Assembly (NCBI GenBank): GCA_046116545.1
Contig: CP175956.1
Coordinates: 1,089,734 to 1,153,733, forward strand
Source: Candidatus Moraniibacteriota bacterium
Lineage (GTDB): Bacteria > Patescibacteriota > Minisyncoccia > Moranbacterales > GCA-2747515
Length of the DNA stretch: 64,000 nucleotides
Direction of reading: 5' to 3'
A program made the translations under genes and the position numbers. This document shows, piece by piece, positions 18,367 through 29,210 of the stretch. Position 1 is the first letter of the stretch. Each line of letters opens with the position of its first letter. Below the pieces are notes generated by a model, which was not told the DNA's origin, did no database searches, and saw only the letters and a list, made by a program, of their open reading frames with translations.

Positions 18367-19662
18367 TTACTTTTTTTCTGATAACGCATCATAATAATTC
18401 CCAACTGTTCCAATCCAACGGTCTACACCTTCCTGAGAATGTCCGGCACAACTGCTACCACATTTCCACACAATCAATCTGTCAGCTGTTTTTCTATCAT
18501 ATTCATATATAAGCTCATGTATTCTCCTACCCACTGTTTCAACTGCATCTTCACGGCTATTGAAGCATGTATGCCCACCTGAACCCATCAATTTTCTTTT
18601 ACTTCTAAATCCCCAATAATTATAACAATCTTGCCCATTTAAAACTGGCACCCGCTTTCCCCATGCACTCTCTTGTTTTGCCATTGCTATCAAATATTTA
18701 GCAACTTCTGGATCTTGCTTTAAAATATGAGGCAACATCTTTTCTATAGGATAACCTTCTACCATTTCATAAGCCGCTTCTTTTAATGAATATTCTTCCT
18801 CAACATCTTCATTATCTTTGTCAATTTCTTCCTTCTGAGTTATTCCATCAACTGATTTTGAAACCACTTTCTTTTCTTGTTCCTCTTCAATCTCTTTTTT
18901 CTGAATACTATCTAACTTTATAGTTTTTTTCTCCTGAACATTCTCAACTATTTTTTCTTTTATATCTTCTTTTACCTCTTCTTTTTTCACTCCAGCACCT
19001 TTTTCGTCAGCATTTTCAACTTCCAAAACAACCTCTTTTTCTTCATTTTCTTCTACATCTTCTTTTGCATCTAATTTAATTGTATTTTCTATAACCAAGA
19101 AAGATTCCTTATCACTTAACTGTTCTACATCAACAGCCTCCTTAGCCATAGCATTTTGTCCAAGGTTTTGATATATCATGCTCATTGACACCATCCCAAA
19201 AAGAACAGCACCTGCCAGAGACACCTTCCACATTCTAATTGGTGATAAATCTAATTTTAAAGCATTTCTAAATGAAGTTGCAATATCTTGTGCATTTCTA
19301 AATTCTGCTACAATTCGTTTTTGTTGTAATTCACTAGCAGTATATTTCTTTACATATCGAACATGAATACTATCAAAGTATCCTCGTGGATCTATATAAT
19401 CGTATTTACTGTCCTTCTTATACTGCTGATGATTTGAAACATATTTTCTAGAATCCTCAGTAACAAAAAACTCTGTGCGACTATTTTCCAGAAGCAAAGT
19501 TTGAGTATTATTTTGAATATTGTTGTTTATTATTTCATCCAATTCTGATAACCGATTTTCTTTTGATTCCTGTCTAACAGTTGAAACACTATCTCCAACA
19601 AAATTACTTGTTTGTTTCACCCGCTTTTTACATTTAGACGAGTATTCTTCATCTATTATCAT
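18367..19662 (-). CDS. Membrane-anchored lysozyme-like putative peptidoglycan hydrolase with acidic stalk (paralog of 16972-17823)
   Basis: TM 'VSLAGAVLFGMVSMSMIY', E/K-rich linker, C-terminal 'AMAKQESAWG..DCYNYWG..CFNSREDAV..WKCGSSCAGHS..RWI'. Confidence 0.6.
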   Translation of the reverse strand: MIIDEEYSSKCKKRVKQTSNFVGDSVSTVRQESKENRLSELDEIINNNIQNNTQTLLLENSRTEFFVTEDSRKYVSNHQQYKKDSKYDYIDPRGYFDSIHVRYVKKYTASELQQKRIVAEFRNAQDIATSFRNALKLDLSPIRMWKVSLAGAVLFGMVSMSMIYQNLGQNAMAKEAVDVEQLSDKESFLVIENTIKLDAKEDVEENEEKEVVLEVENADEKGAGVKKEEVKEDIKEKIVENVQEKKTIKLDSIQKKEIEEEQEKKVVSKSVDGITQKEEIDKDNEDVEEEYSLKEAAYEMVEGYPIEKMLPHILKQDPEVAKYLIAMAKQESAWGKRVPVLNGQDCYNYWGFRSKRKLMGSGGHTCFNSREDAVETVGRRIHELIYEYDRKTADRLIVWKCGSSCAGHSQEGVDRWIGTVGNYYDALSEKK

Positions 19663-19706
19663 ATATAAAAATATTATATCACACTTTCACAAAAAACATA
19701 AAGCAT

Positions 19707-20522
19707 CTATTTATTCTTCAACGACCGTAACAACATTACACATCCAGTAAATAACATAATCAACGATAACAACTGCCCCATAGTAACCTGACCTAATATA
19801 AATCCGAGATGCTCATCTGGCTGTCTTATAAATTCCACTCCAAATCTAGCCACAGAATAACCTATCAGATAAAACGATACCATCATACCCTTTGGTAAGT
19901 TTTTATTTCGCAAACTCCACAAAATAATAAATAAAACAAAGCCCTCCAAGAAAGCCTCAACTAACTGTGACGGATAACGTGCAACAACATCACCATTAAA
20001 GTACATTCCTAATTTAGATTCTGTAACTCTACCTATTAATTCAGCATTAAGAAAATTACCAATCCTCCCAAACATGTAACCAATTGGTATTACTGGCATT
20101 ATAAAATCAGCGACTTCTAAAATATCTTTTTTATTCTTTCTTGCAGTCCAGATAATTGCTATCGCTACACCTATTATGCCCCCATGATAACTCATTCCAT
20201 AAATGCCACTCCACTCACCAGTTGTAAAATTATATGGTGATATAATCTGAAGTGGATTTATAATATAATATGGTAGATCATAAAAAATTACATAACCAAG
20301 TCTACCTCCAATTAATGCCCCTATGATAGAGTTAGCAACAATATCTTGTATAAAACTCTTTTTGAAATTACCCTCACCCTTTTTAATACGAAATATCAAT
20401 AAGAGATATACAACAACAAAAGATACTAGCCACATAAGGGAATACCAATACAATGAAAAGTTTCCAATTGAAAAAACTATTGGACTTATATAACTTGGTA
20501 AATTTTGATAAAACTCAATCAT
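19707..20522 (-). CDS. lgt: Prolipoprotein diacylglyceryl transferase
   Basis: 'GGRLGYV', 'GMSYHGG', 'GRIGNFLNAEL.GR', 'YPSQLVEA..EG', 'RF..EFIRQPD' motifs. Confidence 0.95.
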   Translation of the reverse strand: MIEFYQNLPSYISPIVFSIGNFSLYWYSLMWLVSFVVVYLLLIFRIKKGEGNFKKSFIQDIVANSIIGALIGGRLGYVIFYDLPYYIINPLQIISPYNFTTGEWSGIYGMSYHGGIIGVAIAIIWTARKNKKDILEVADFIMPVIPIGYMFGRIGNFLNAELIGRVTESKLGMYFNGDVVARYPSQLVEAFLEGFVLFIILWSLRNKNLPKGMMVSFYLIGYSVARFGVEFIRQPDEHLGFILGQVTMGQLLSLIMLFTGCVMLLRSLKNK

Positions 20523-20533
20523 TTAAAGATAAC

Positions 20534-21604
20534 TTATGAGTTAAATTTTTGTAATTGCTGTTTAAATTCTAAAGCATAAATTTTCCACATAGCTAACATA
20601 AGCGCTACAATTATTGGACCAATTATAAATCCCATTATTCCAAAAAGTTTCAACCCTCCAATAGTTGCAAAAAATACTGCAAGAGAATGCATTTGGACAT
20701 CTTTTCCAACTAACTTTGGCCTAAGTACATTATCAATTGTTGAAACAAATATTCCCACAATCAATAAAAATATACTCTGCCAAATATTTCCCAATAAAAA
20801 CATAATCATTGCCGCTGGAAATATAATAAGTCCAGCTCCAACAGCCGGTATTACACCCATAATTACCATAATCACAGTCCATAATATTGGTGAAATCACG
20901 CCAGCTATTGCAAAGGCTATTCCACCTATTGCACCTTGTATAAACCCTATTACAACAGTACCCTTCAAAGTTGCTCTAGTCATTGATATAAATTCATCTA
21001 TCAATTTTTGTTCATGTGTATTTCTCATTGGACTAAGGTCCATTATTTTTTTAACAATTTTTTTGCCGTCTATAAAAAAATAAAAAAGTGTAAAAAACAT
21101 AACAAATACTGCAATAGTACTATTTATAATTCCTTTATAAGCCGTTTGAATAAATGATATTGAATTATTAGCAACATTTTTTATCAAGTTCCCTATCTCA
21201 GGTCCATTTACATATTCTTCTGCACGCTCCAAAACCACATTAAAGACTGGGGCCTGTATCACAATATTCATCACTTTTTCAATTGAAGATTGCATACTAG
21301 ACTCTTCTGAAGAATTCTCAATAATTACATCTGCAACTTCATTGAATACTAAACCTCCTACAAAAATGAAAGGTAATATTATAGTAATAGTTACAACACA
21401 TAACATGATTATAGATGCAGCAACTGAACTTTTAAGTTTCTTTAGAAAAAAATTGTAAGGCTTTGCAAAAATAACAGCTAGCAAAGCTGCAACAAAAATT
21501 GGAATCAAAAATGGTTTTATCAACAAAAACGCAGCAAAACTAGCAAACACTAGTAAAGCAAAAAAGAAGTATATATTTAAATTTTTTATATTCATATTAT
21601 CCAC
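20534..21604 (-). CDS. AI-2E family transporter
   Basis: Multi-TM; 'YFFIDG', 'IPAVG', 'DNVLRPKLVG', 'GG..LFG..GFIIGP' motifs. Confidence 0.9.
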   Translation of the reverse strand: MDNMNIKNLNIYFFFALLVFASFAAFLLIKPFLIPIFVAALLAVIFAKPYNFFLKKLKSSVAASIIMLCVVTITIILPFIFVGGLVFNEVADVIIENSSEESSMQSSIEKVMNIVIQAPVFNVVLERAEEYVNGPEIGNLIKNVANNSISFIQTAYKGIINSTIAVFVMFFTLFYFFIDGKKIVKKIMDLSPMRNTHEQKLIDEFISMTRATLKGTVVIGFIQGAIGGIAFAIAGVISPILWTVIMVIMGVIPAVGAGLIIFPAAMIMFLLGNIWQSIFLLIVGIFVSTIDNVLRPKLVGKDVQMHSLAVFFATIGGLKLFGIMGFIIGPIIVALMLAMWKIYALEFKQQLQKFNS

Positions 21605-21658
21605 TGCTAAATACTTACGTGTTAATATTAGCAGTGCTAATTAAATATGTAAACTTTT

Positions 21659-24355
21659 TTATGTTACTATTTTGGATTTTTTGTGTATAAATAATATCCC
21701 TTTAGCAATTTCAAATATAATCATCTCAATAATTGTAATTATTAGTATTACAATTAACATATCTCTTCCTAACGCAACGGTACCTAAAAACTTAGATAAA
21801 AATGGAACATACATTGATGCTGCTAACAAAATAATAGATGTTATTACTGCTAAATTTATAAACTTATTACTAAATATATCCTTTCTAATAACATGCCTAC
21901 GAAAACTCCTTATCACATATACAAATGTTAATGAATCAAAAGCTATTAAGATAAACGTAGCCGTTCTAGCAATATCTATATCACCTGTAATTTCTTTTAC
22001 TGCCCAAAAAAGCAACGCGGCCGAAATTCCCGATACCAAGAAAACTGTTATCATAAATTTTTTATATACACTTGTTATTATCGGATCATTTGGATTTCTA
22101 GGTGGTTCACTCATAAGACCTTCTTTATCATATTCAGTAGTCAACGCAATATTTGGAAAACTATCCTCTACCATATTAATCCATAAGATTTGCAAAGGCA
22201 GTAATGGCAACGGCCATCCAAAAAGCATCGCTATAAAAAATAGGAACAATGCTGAAAAATTATCAGCTGTAAGATACACTAAAATTCTTCTTATATTTTC
22301 ATATATAACCCTTCCCTGTTCAATTGCATTTATAATTGTTTCAAAACTGCTATCCAGTAATACTATATCAGAAACTTCTTTTGCTATTTCAGTTCCATTG
22401 CCCACACTAATCCCAACGTCCGAAGCTTTTAATGCTGGAGCATCATTTATGCCATCTCCAACCATAGCAACAATTTCACCATTTGCTTGTAATGCTCGCA
22501 CTATTCTTATCTTATGCTCTGGCAAAACTCTAGCAAATATATCCGTGTGTTTTACTTTTTCTTGCATCTCTCCATCACTTAATTCATCCAACTCTGACCC
22601 AATTGAAATGTTTTGTTTTGCCACACTATGTCCAAGCTCCGTCATAATAGAATTTGCAGTAACGGCATGATCACCTGTTATAACTATTAATCTTATTCCA
22701 GCATTTTCAGCCTTACTCAATGCCTCTTCAACACCTTCTCTAAGAGGATCTTTCAAAGCTATATACCCTACAAGAGACATGTCTTTATATTTGTCTTCAT
22801 CACTCAATCTATCAAAAGCATCCTTTGTTAAAATTCTTTCACTACAAGCTAATACTCTCAACCCCTTTTTCGTGAGTCTTTCAAAAGTTTCTTCAAGTTT
22901 GCTACCTTCTTCTGAATTGATAGGCATCCTAACATCATTCACATCAATATGTGACACATTATCCAAAACTTGTTCAGGTGCTCCAAGTATCATTATTCGT
23001 ACTTTATCTTCAGATATTTTATACGCTCTTATTGCATATTTTTTTTCTGATTTAAATAATTCTTGATATAACAATTCATTATTTCTTCTAAATTTTTCAG
23101 CATCAATCCCAAACTGAGTTCCTGCCATGAGCAATGCTCTATCAGTTGGCCTACCATGAACAATCATAGATGACAATTCGTCATTTGGATTTTCAATATA
23201 AGCATCATTTACAAGCGATGCTATCGTCAATGCTTTTGCATGTCCTTCCAAGTTATCTCTCCCAGCACAAATTTCATTAGAACACTCATTAAAAGATAAT
23301 AATTCATTTGATCCTGTTAAAATATGACTGACTCTCATCTCACCCTGAGTCAGTGTACCTGTCTTATCTGAACAAATAGTTGTTATTGCGCCCATTGTTT
23401 CACTTGCATTCATTTTTCTAACAAGAGCTCTTTGCTTCGCAAGCCTCCTCATTCCAAAAATCAAAACAATTGTAATTGCTGGCAATAATCCCTCCGGTAT
23501 TGCGCTCACAACCAATGCAACTGAAGCCATAAAAACATCTTCCAATGCCTCACCTCTCCACAAACCTAATGCGGAAAAAGCTAACACAGACACAAAAACT
23601 ACAATACCAATTATTTTTGATAAATCTGTAAACTTCTTTTGTAATGGCGTCTTTGGCTCTTCTGTATTTTTTACAAAATTTGATATTTTGCCAATTTCCG
23701 TATCAATTCCTGTTGCTGTAACTAGATACAAACCTTGCCCACCTGTAACACTGGTACCCGCAAAAACCATGTTATTTTGATCCGATATTATAACTTCATC
23801 TTCTATTATATTCACCTGTTTTTCAACGTCATGCCATTCCCCAGTTAGCGCAGATTCATTCACTGTCAATTCTGCACAACTTATCAATCTCCCATCAGCA
23901 CTGACCCTATCTCCACTCATCACATCAATAACATCTCCAACAGCAATATCTATAGCTAAAATTTCTTTTTTTTGTCCAGTTCTTATAACTCGCACATATT
24001 GAGAAACACTTTCTTGCAATTTTTCCAAAGAGGCCTCTGCCTTATTTTCTTGAGCATATCCCACAATTGCATTCAAAAGCACAACAAACATTATAAATAA
24101 TGCATCTATTACATGACCTATAAAAAATGATGCGAGAGCTGCAGCTATCACCATGTAAATCAATGGGTTATTAAATTGTCTTAAAAAAAGACGTAATCTA
24201 GACATCTTTTTTTGCTTTGGTAATTCATTTTTACCAAACTCATTCAAACGTCCAGAAGAATCAAAATCACTCAATCCATTCTCAGAACTTTGTAAATGCA
24301 GCAAAGCCGCACTTGAAGACATTGTATAATATGGTCTTTGAGCAAATTTTTTCAT
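21659..24355 (-). CDS. Cation-transporting P-type ATPase (P2, Ca2+-type)
   Basis: 'ESALTGE', 'IPEGL', 'CSDKTGTLT', 'ITGDH', 'MVGDGINDAPAL', 'QILWIN' motifs. Confidence 0.93.
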   Translation of the reverse strand: MKKFAQRPYYTMSSSAALLHLQSSENGLSDFDSSGRLNEFGKNELPKQKKMSRLRLFLRQFNNPLIYMVIAAALASFFIGHVIDALFIMFVVLLNAIVGYAQENKAEASLEKLQESVSQYVRVIRTGQKKEILAIDIAVGDVIDVMSGDRVSADGRLISCAELTVNESALTGEWHDVEKQVNIIEDEVIISDQNNMVFAGTSVTGGQGLYLVTATGIDTEIGKISNFVKNTEEPKTPLQKKFTDLSKIIGIVVFVSVLAFSALGLWRGEALEDVFMASVALVVSAIPEGLLPAITIVLIFGMRRLAKQRALVRKMNASETMGAITTICSDKTGTLTQGEMRVSHILTGSNELLSFNECSNEICAGRDNLEGHAKALTIASLVNDAYIENPNDELSSMIVHGRPTDRALLMAGTQFGIDAEKFRRNNELLYQELFKSEKKYAIRAYKISEDKVRIMILGAPEQVLDNVSHIDVNDVRMPINSEEGSKLEETFERLTKKGLRVLACSERILTKDAFDRLSDEDKYKDMSLVGYIALKDPLREGVEEALSKAENAGIRLIVITGDHAVTANSIMTELGHSVAKQNISIGSELDELSDGEMQEKVKHTDIFARVLPEHKIRIVRALQANGEIVAMVGDGINDAPALKASDVGISVGNGTEIAKEVSDIVLLDSSFETIINAIEQGRVIYENIRRILVYLTADNFSALFLFFIAMLFGWPLPLLPLQILWINMVEDSFPNIALTTEYDKEGLMSEPPRNPNDPIITSVYKKFMITVFLVSGISAALLFWAVKEITGDIDIARTATFILIAFDSLTFVYVIRSFRRHVIRKDIFSNKFINLAVITSIILLAASMYVPFLSKFLGTVALGRDMLIVILIITIIEMIIFEIAKGILFIHKKSKIVT

Positions 24356-24382
24356 TTTTATTTTTATATATTGAATTTTCTT

Positions 24383-26482
24383 TTATGTGCCTAATACTAT
24401 TACAAAATCAGCATCATACTTATCTACAACCTCGTTAGATTCTTCTGTCTTTTTATTCCCATATTCATCAGATACCTTTGCCAAAACTCCATCCAAATGA
24501 TCCTTCTGTTCAGATGAATAATATATAACAACTCCGTTATAATCATTTGTTGCATTTGTTGCATTATTTGTTTTATAGCCACCATCTTTAAATTCACTAG
24601 TAACACTTCCTGCAGCACCAGTTTTTGCACCTGCATTTAAAACTTGTATTTTAATATTTGATACATCAGTATCACCAACTAGTTTTTCCTTCTTTTCTTC
24701 GCCAGAGTCACCAGATTTGACATTGTCTTCATTGACTTCTTCTTCATTAGAATTTTCAGAATTAACCAAATCTTTAGTTCCTTCATTTTCTACGATAACA
24801 TCTCCAACCTCTGAAACATCCTCACTTTCAACATTTTGTTCTATTAAGTTATCAACTGACACATCTTCTTTATTTTCATTATTTATAAATATCATTGCAA
24901 CCCACCACACAACAAGACCAACACAAATTATACCAAAAATACTTACTAAAATAATTTTTGTATTCATTCTTTTTTCTTGCATTTGCATTTCATCTGCATA
25001 CATTTCTTCATCATCTTGCATCCATTCAATATCAATTGCACTAGTAGTAGGCTCTGACGCTGGTTTTGATAGCATATTTTCTGGTGCAGCATACGTAACT
25101 TTTCTTTTTGATTGTGTTTGCGACTTATCTTTTTTACCACCGTCTACGTCACTATTTCCATCTTTAATGATTTGATTTTGGTCATGCTCTTGTATAACAT
25201 CATCATTCATCATTTCTTTATTTTGCACATCATCAATCTTAATGCCGGCCTCAACTTGCATATTTTTTTGATTTTGGTTTAATTGTGCAGATGTACCAAT
25301 AGTTCGAACATGTTCTTTTTCATCACCATAATCCAAATCATCATTGTCTTCAACTGAATTTTCTTCAGTAACATCTTCATCACCTGGAACCAAAATAGTT
25401 TCTCCAGAAATTAAAACATACGGAGGCTCTATTTCATTGATTTGAGCTAATTCTTTCCACGGAATATCATATGATTGCGCTATCGAAATCATATTATCTG
25501 CATCCTTTACAATATACTCCTCTGTGAAAATTTTATTTTCTTTTTTCTTTTTATTAAATCCAAACATATTTTTATTTATATACTTATATAATAAAACAAA
25601 AATTGAACAAAAACAAATCGCTATTAATCCCCCTACAACAATTTGCTTTGACCATACAAATATTTCCACATAATTACTATGTTTTTGTTGTAATTGACCG
25701 TTGTTATCAATATATTCAATTCCACCACTTACAACCATTTTTCCAAACTTGGGCATAGCAATGTCATATTTTTGTGACTTTTCTTCTGCAACTTTTATAT
25801 CATCATCATGACAAGTTTTGACTTCTTCGCCTATCCACAAAGATTTTACAATTGTACAAAAATTATATTTAACAATTTCTGTTCCCACGTTACTTACAAC
25901 ACTATCTATACTATATTCGGAATCAGAATTCTTAGTTACTGCAAATTTTTCTAATGACAGCTTTTTTATGCCCTTATTCGGAACTTTATATAGTATCTCA
26001 AACTGAGATTCTACAACATCTTCATCATTCAATGCTACAATTTCAATATTTTTATCAGTAGCCTCATCATCAATACTAATTATGGAATGAATTTTTAAAT
26101 TTGAATTTCCTGGGATTTTTAATTTTATTTCAATCAACCCCCTACACCATTCTGATATCTCATTTTGGATTACTTCATTCTCACATAAACCCACTACATT
26201 GTTATCATTTTGACTCAATTTTTCTTTGTATTTATCATCCAACACTTCGTCAAAAAATAATATATCCAATCCTGCACTTTCTCCAATTGTTTTTAGAGTT
26301 ATGACCCGCTCATCATTAGATTTGTTTGAAATATTAATTAATAAATTGTAATCAGATCCTTGTGCCTGCTCAAAATTTAAACTCTTAAAAGAATCATTAA
26401 TACTTATATCAATATTTTCATCCACAGATATCACCCCCATTGGAATGACCATCAAGATCCAAAAAATTATAAACTTATACAT
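24383..26482 (-). CDS. Two-TM membrane protein with LysM and C-terminal LytR_C domains
   Basis: LysM 'YIVKDADNMISIAQSYDIPWKELAQINEI..PY.L..G'; LytR_C 'IQVLNAG..GAAG..VIYY..DFVIVLG'. Confidence 0.75.
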   Translation of the reverse strand: MYKFIIFWILMVIPMGVISVDENIDISINDSFKSLNFEQAQGSDYNLLINISNKSNDERVITLKTIGESAGLDILFFDEVLDDKYKEKLSQNDNNVVGLCENEVIQNEISEWCRGLIEIKLKIPGNSNLKIHSIISIDDEATDKNIEIVALNDEDVVESQFEILYKVPNKGIKKLSLEKFAVTKNSDSEYSIDSVVSNVGTEIVKYNFCTIVKSLWIGEEVKTCHDDDIKVAEEKSQKYDIAMPKFGKMVVSGGIEYIDNNGQLQQKHSNYVEIFVWSKQIVVGGLIAICFCSIFVLLYKYINKNMFGFNKKKKENKIFTEEYIVKDADNMISIAQSYDIPWKELAQINEIEPPYVLISGETILVPGDEDVTEENSVEDNDDLDYGDEKEHVRTIGTSAQLNQNQKNMQVEAGIKIDDVQNKEMMNDDVIQEHDQNQIIKDGNSDVDGGKKDKSQTQSKRKVTYAAPENMLSKPASEPTTSAIDIEWMQDDEEMYADEMQMQEKRMNTKIILVSIFGIICVGLVVWWVAMIFINNENKEDVSVDNLIEQNVESEDVSEVGDVIVENEGTKDLVNSENSNEEEVNEDNVKSGDSGEEKKEKLVGDTDVSNIKIQVLNAGAKTGAAGSVTSEFKDGGYKTNNATNATNDYNGVVIYYSSEQKDHLDGVLAKVSDEYGNKKTEESNEVVDKYDADFVIVLGT

Positions 26483-26501
26483 AATACGACAAACTTATGA
26501 A

Positions 26502-28364
26502 CTACTTAATCACAATTCCATGATTTTCAAGACCTTCCAAATGTTGTGTTGTTAAAACTTTACCAATTTCAGTAATTTCAACTCCAGCAAATTCATCCAT
26601 GGCATATAAATATTGCTCCTTTATCAAAATTAGCTCTTCATCAAGTTGATCAATGCTTGGTATAATGCTAATAATAAACTCTGTCTCAATATTTTTACTT
26701 GTTAGACCAGCTCCACTTTGAATATCGCCAGCATTCCAAATTATTTCATTTGTTCTTTCATTAAAATCAACTCCATCACCACTCTCAAATTTAATATGTG
26801 TAGGAAGTTTAGCTTTAACGACCGTATCTTTAATATCATTATTAATATTATCTATTGAAAAATTAATTTTATAAGTTGTTTTTTTATTAACTGTTGGTTG
26901 TTTTTCTCCCTCTAAATATTCTTTACTTGAATTAAATACAATTTTTGCACCAACTGGTAAAGCCAGGACATTACTCAAAACCGTCTTATTTGTTCTGAGT
27001 TCAGATGGTATATCTTTACTGTCAATTGCAGCAAGCGTTACTATTGAAAAATCCTTGTCATCAATTGTTTCTATTGGAAAATTTTTCAATACTGGAATAT
27101 TAAATTTAACAACTCCAGAATCATTTGGATTTAAAGTTTTCAGCTCTGGAACATCAGAAGCTTTCCAAATAATTTCTTTTTTTTCTGCATCATAATCACC
27201 CGAATCAAATAAATCTAAATTAGCAAAGTCCAACATATCCGTATCAAAATTGATAACAATTATAGCATCTCTCAACGGCTGCTTACTATTATTTTGAAAA
27301 TGAACTAAATACTGTAATTTTTCACCAGCAAATACAACACTATCTTGATCATCAATTAATTCCTGTCTTATACTTATTGGCGAATTTATTATTTTTGGTG
27401 CACGCCTCTCAGTAGCATAAACAACATATTCAGATTCTCCTTCCTGAGTTCCTACCTCTATAATAAGTGACTGTGACGTTCCCACATTTGCATCCAAATT
27501 ACCCTGTATATTTACAATATATTCACCATTTGCTTCTATTCCATCAATGAGCCAAGTCATATCATTAGTCGCCAACGGATTTGTTTTATGAATATTAAAT
27601 CCATTACCCATCTCCATTGTTAGCTTTAGATTTGATATCTTACTATTACTATTATTACTAACAACAACTGAAGTATCAACCAAATTACCACTAACAATTT
27701 CATTTGGTAAATCAATTTCAATTGTAATTGGTGATGATGCTATAGTTGTTGTTGTATTATTTGATGTTTCATACATAACCTCTGTTTTCTCTGGAGAATA
27801 TTTCAAAATTCCACTTATTGTACTTGAAGAGTTTGCTGGTCCTGCAAAATAACCAGCAATTGCTATTTCATTACTTTCTCCACCACTAATCTCACCAATA
27901 TTAATTATGCCCTTATTCTCACTTACCATCTCTAGATTATCCTGATTATTTATTGGTATAAAATAATCACCAAAATTAATGACTATTTTAGAGTTATACA
28001 AATCAGACCTATTATCATTTGTATACATAAATAATATTTCCGTCACTGAATTACTATTGATAACAGTTGGAGAACTTAATTCAATATTAACTCTTTCCTG
28101 AGAAAAAAATCCTTTCTGAAAAAAAGTAACAGCTACTATAGCTAACATTAACAAAAATATTCCAAGAACAACTATACCCCCAATGATTGCGGCTTTCTTT
28201 TTCTTTTCTGTCATATTATCCTTCTCACCATCAAAAATGTTTTTTTGAGTATCAGCTACATCATCTTTTGAATTCCAAACATTATAAACAGTTTTATTAT
28301 GTTCTCTTCCGAAATTCTCAGACTCTTTTTTTTGTAAATCTTTTTTCAAATCTTGAATTGGCAT
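26502..28364 (-). CDS. Single-TM protein with tandem Ig-like (DUF11-like) beta-sandwich domains
   Basis: TM at about aa 60-82 followed by repeated 'Y...N.....L....+' and 'IIW..G' beta-sandwich signatures. Confidence 0.6.
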   Translation of the reverse strand: MPIQDLKKDLQKKESENFGREHNKTVYNVWNSKDDVADTQKNIFDGEKDNMTEKKKKAAIIGGIVVLGIFLLMLAIVAVTFFQKGFFSQERVNIELSSPTVINSNSVTEILFMYTNDNRSDLYNSKIVINFGDYFIPINNQDNLEMVSENKGIINIGEISGGESNEIAIAGYFAGPANSSSTISGILKYSPEKTEVMYETSNNTTTTIASSPITIEIDLPNEIVSGNLVDTSVVVSNNSNSKISNLKLTMEMGNGFNIHKTNPLATNDMTWLIDGIEANGEYIVNIQGNLDANVGTSQSLIIEVGTQEGESEYVVYATERRAPKIINSPISIRQELIDDQDSVVFAGEKLQYLVHFQNNSKQPLRDAIIVINFDTDMLDFANLDLFDSGDYDAEKKEIIWKASDVPELKTLNPNDSGVVKFNIPVLKNFPIETIDDKDFSIVTLAAIDSKDIPSELRTNKTVLSNVLALPVGAKIVFNSSKEYLEGEKQPTVNKKTTYKINFSIDNINNDIKDTVVKAKLPTHIKFESGDGVDFNERTNEIIWNAGDIQSGAGLTSKNIETEFIISIIPSIDQLDEELILIKEQYLYAMDEFAGVEITEIGKVLTTQHLEGLENHGIVIK

Positions 28365-28421
28365 ATTTTTATATTTAACCTTTAACTGAAGTTACTTTTA
28401 TTATAGCAGAATTTACAGAAT

Positions 28422-29144
28422 TTATCTCACAATCCAATTCTTTATATTAAGTACAACTATGTCCATTTGCTTATGCACAATATCATTAACAATTAACTTT
28501 GATAATGTTGTTAAGTCATTTCCATAAATAACTCTCATAGCCTTAATTGTATCTGGCTCTACATAACAAAAATAATCATTACAAAAACATTTTTCACATA
28601 AAATACCTCCTCTAGCTGAACTGAATCCATTTTTCTTTTTTACTATACTTAATCCGCATACAGAACATGCATTAACATTGAAATCATATCCTTGCAATGC
28701 AAATATTTTTAACAAGAAGGCGTGTGTTACCCACTCAAATTCCATTTCAATACAATCTTCTTTTTGTGCTAATTTATTTAATTGCCTTAAAAACTGCACC
28801 CATATTGCAAAAGTTTCTTCATCAACAAAATTCTCATCAATTATTTCCAAAAATATTTTACGAGCTTTATCTAAACACTTTAATGCCATATGGTTTTCAT
28901 GCACCTCAACAAAATACTCTTCTGCTATTGCACCTGCCAAAACACCTCTGCCATAATTTTTCACAATCATTATGTGAGATAACATAAAATCTTCAATCTG
29001 AGATGCCATTTTTGATTTACCTTTTCTACTAGATTTAGCTGGCACCCGTATAAGGCCTTCTTCCAATGTATAAAATGTATACAACCTATCCGCTTCACCA
29101 ATATTAAATTTTTCTAATGCAATCGCATAATAATTATGTTTCAT
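28422..29144 (-). CDS. recO: DNA repair protein RecO
   Basis: 'GEADRLYTFYT..G.I...AK..RK..SK' OB-fold; CxxC..GGILCxxC zinc motif. Confidence 0.9.
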   Translation of the reverse strand: MKHNYYAIALEKFNIGEADRLYTFYTLEEGLIRVPAKSSRKGKSKMASQIEDFMLSHIMIVKNYGRGVLAGAIAEEYFVEVHENHMALKCLDKARKIFLEIIDENFVDEETFAIWVQFLRQLNKLAQKEDCIEMEFEWVTHAFLLKIFALQGYDFNVNACSVCGLSIVKKKNGFSSARGGILCEKCFCNDYFCYVEPDTIKAMRVIYGNDLTTLSKLIVNDIVHKQMDIVVLNIKNWIVR

Positions 29145-29170
29145 AATAAACCTATTTTACTACACAAACT

Positions 29171-29204
29171 AAAAACTGTCTTACTATTAAGTAAGCCAGT
29201 TTTA
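29171..29204. terminator. Probable intrinsic terminator
   Basis: AAAACTG.CTTAC-loop-GTAAG.CAGTTTT after the stop at 29211. Confidence 0.55.
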
Positions 29205-29210
29205 CAATAG

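Noticed and set aside
21672-22670. 332-aa plus-strand ORF, and the many other plus-strand ORFs in the track
   Set aside because: They are antisense shadows of well-supported minus-strand genes, with no motifs or expression signals
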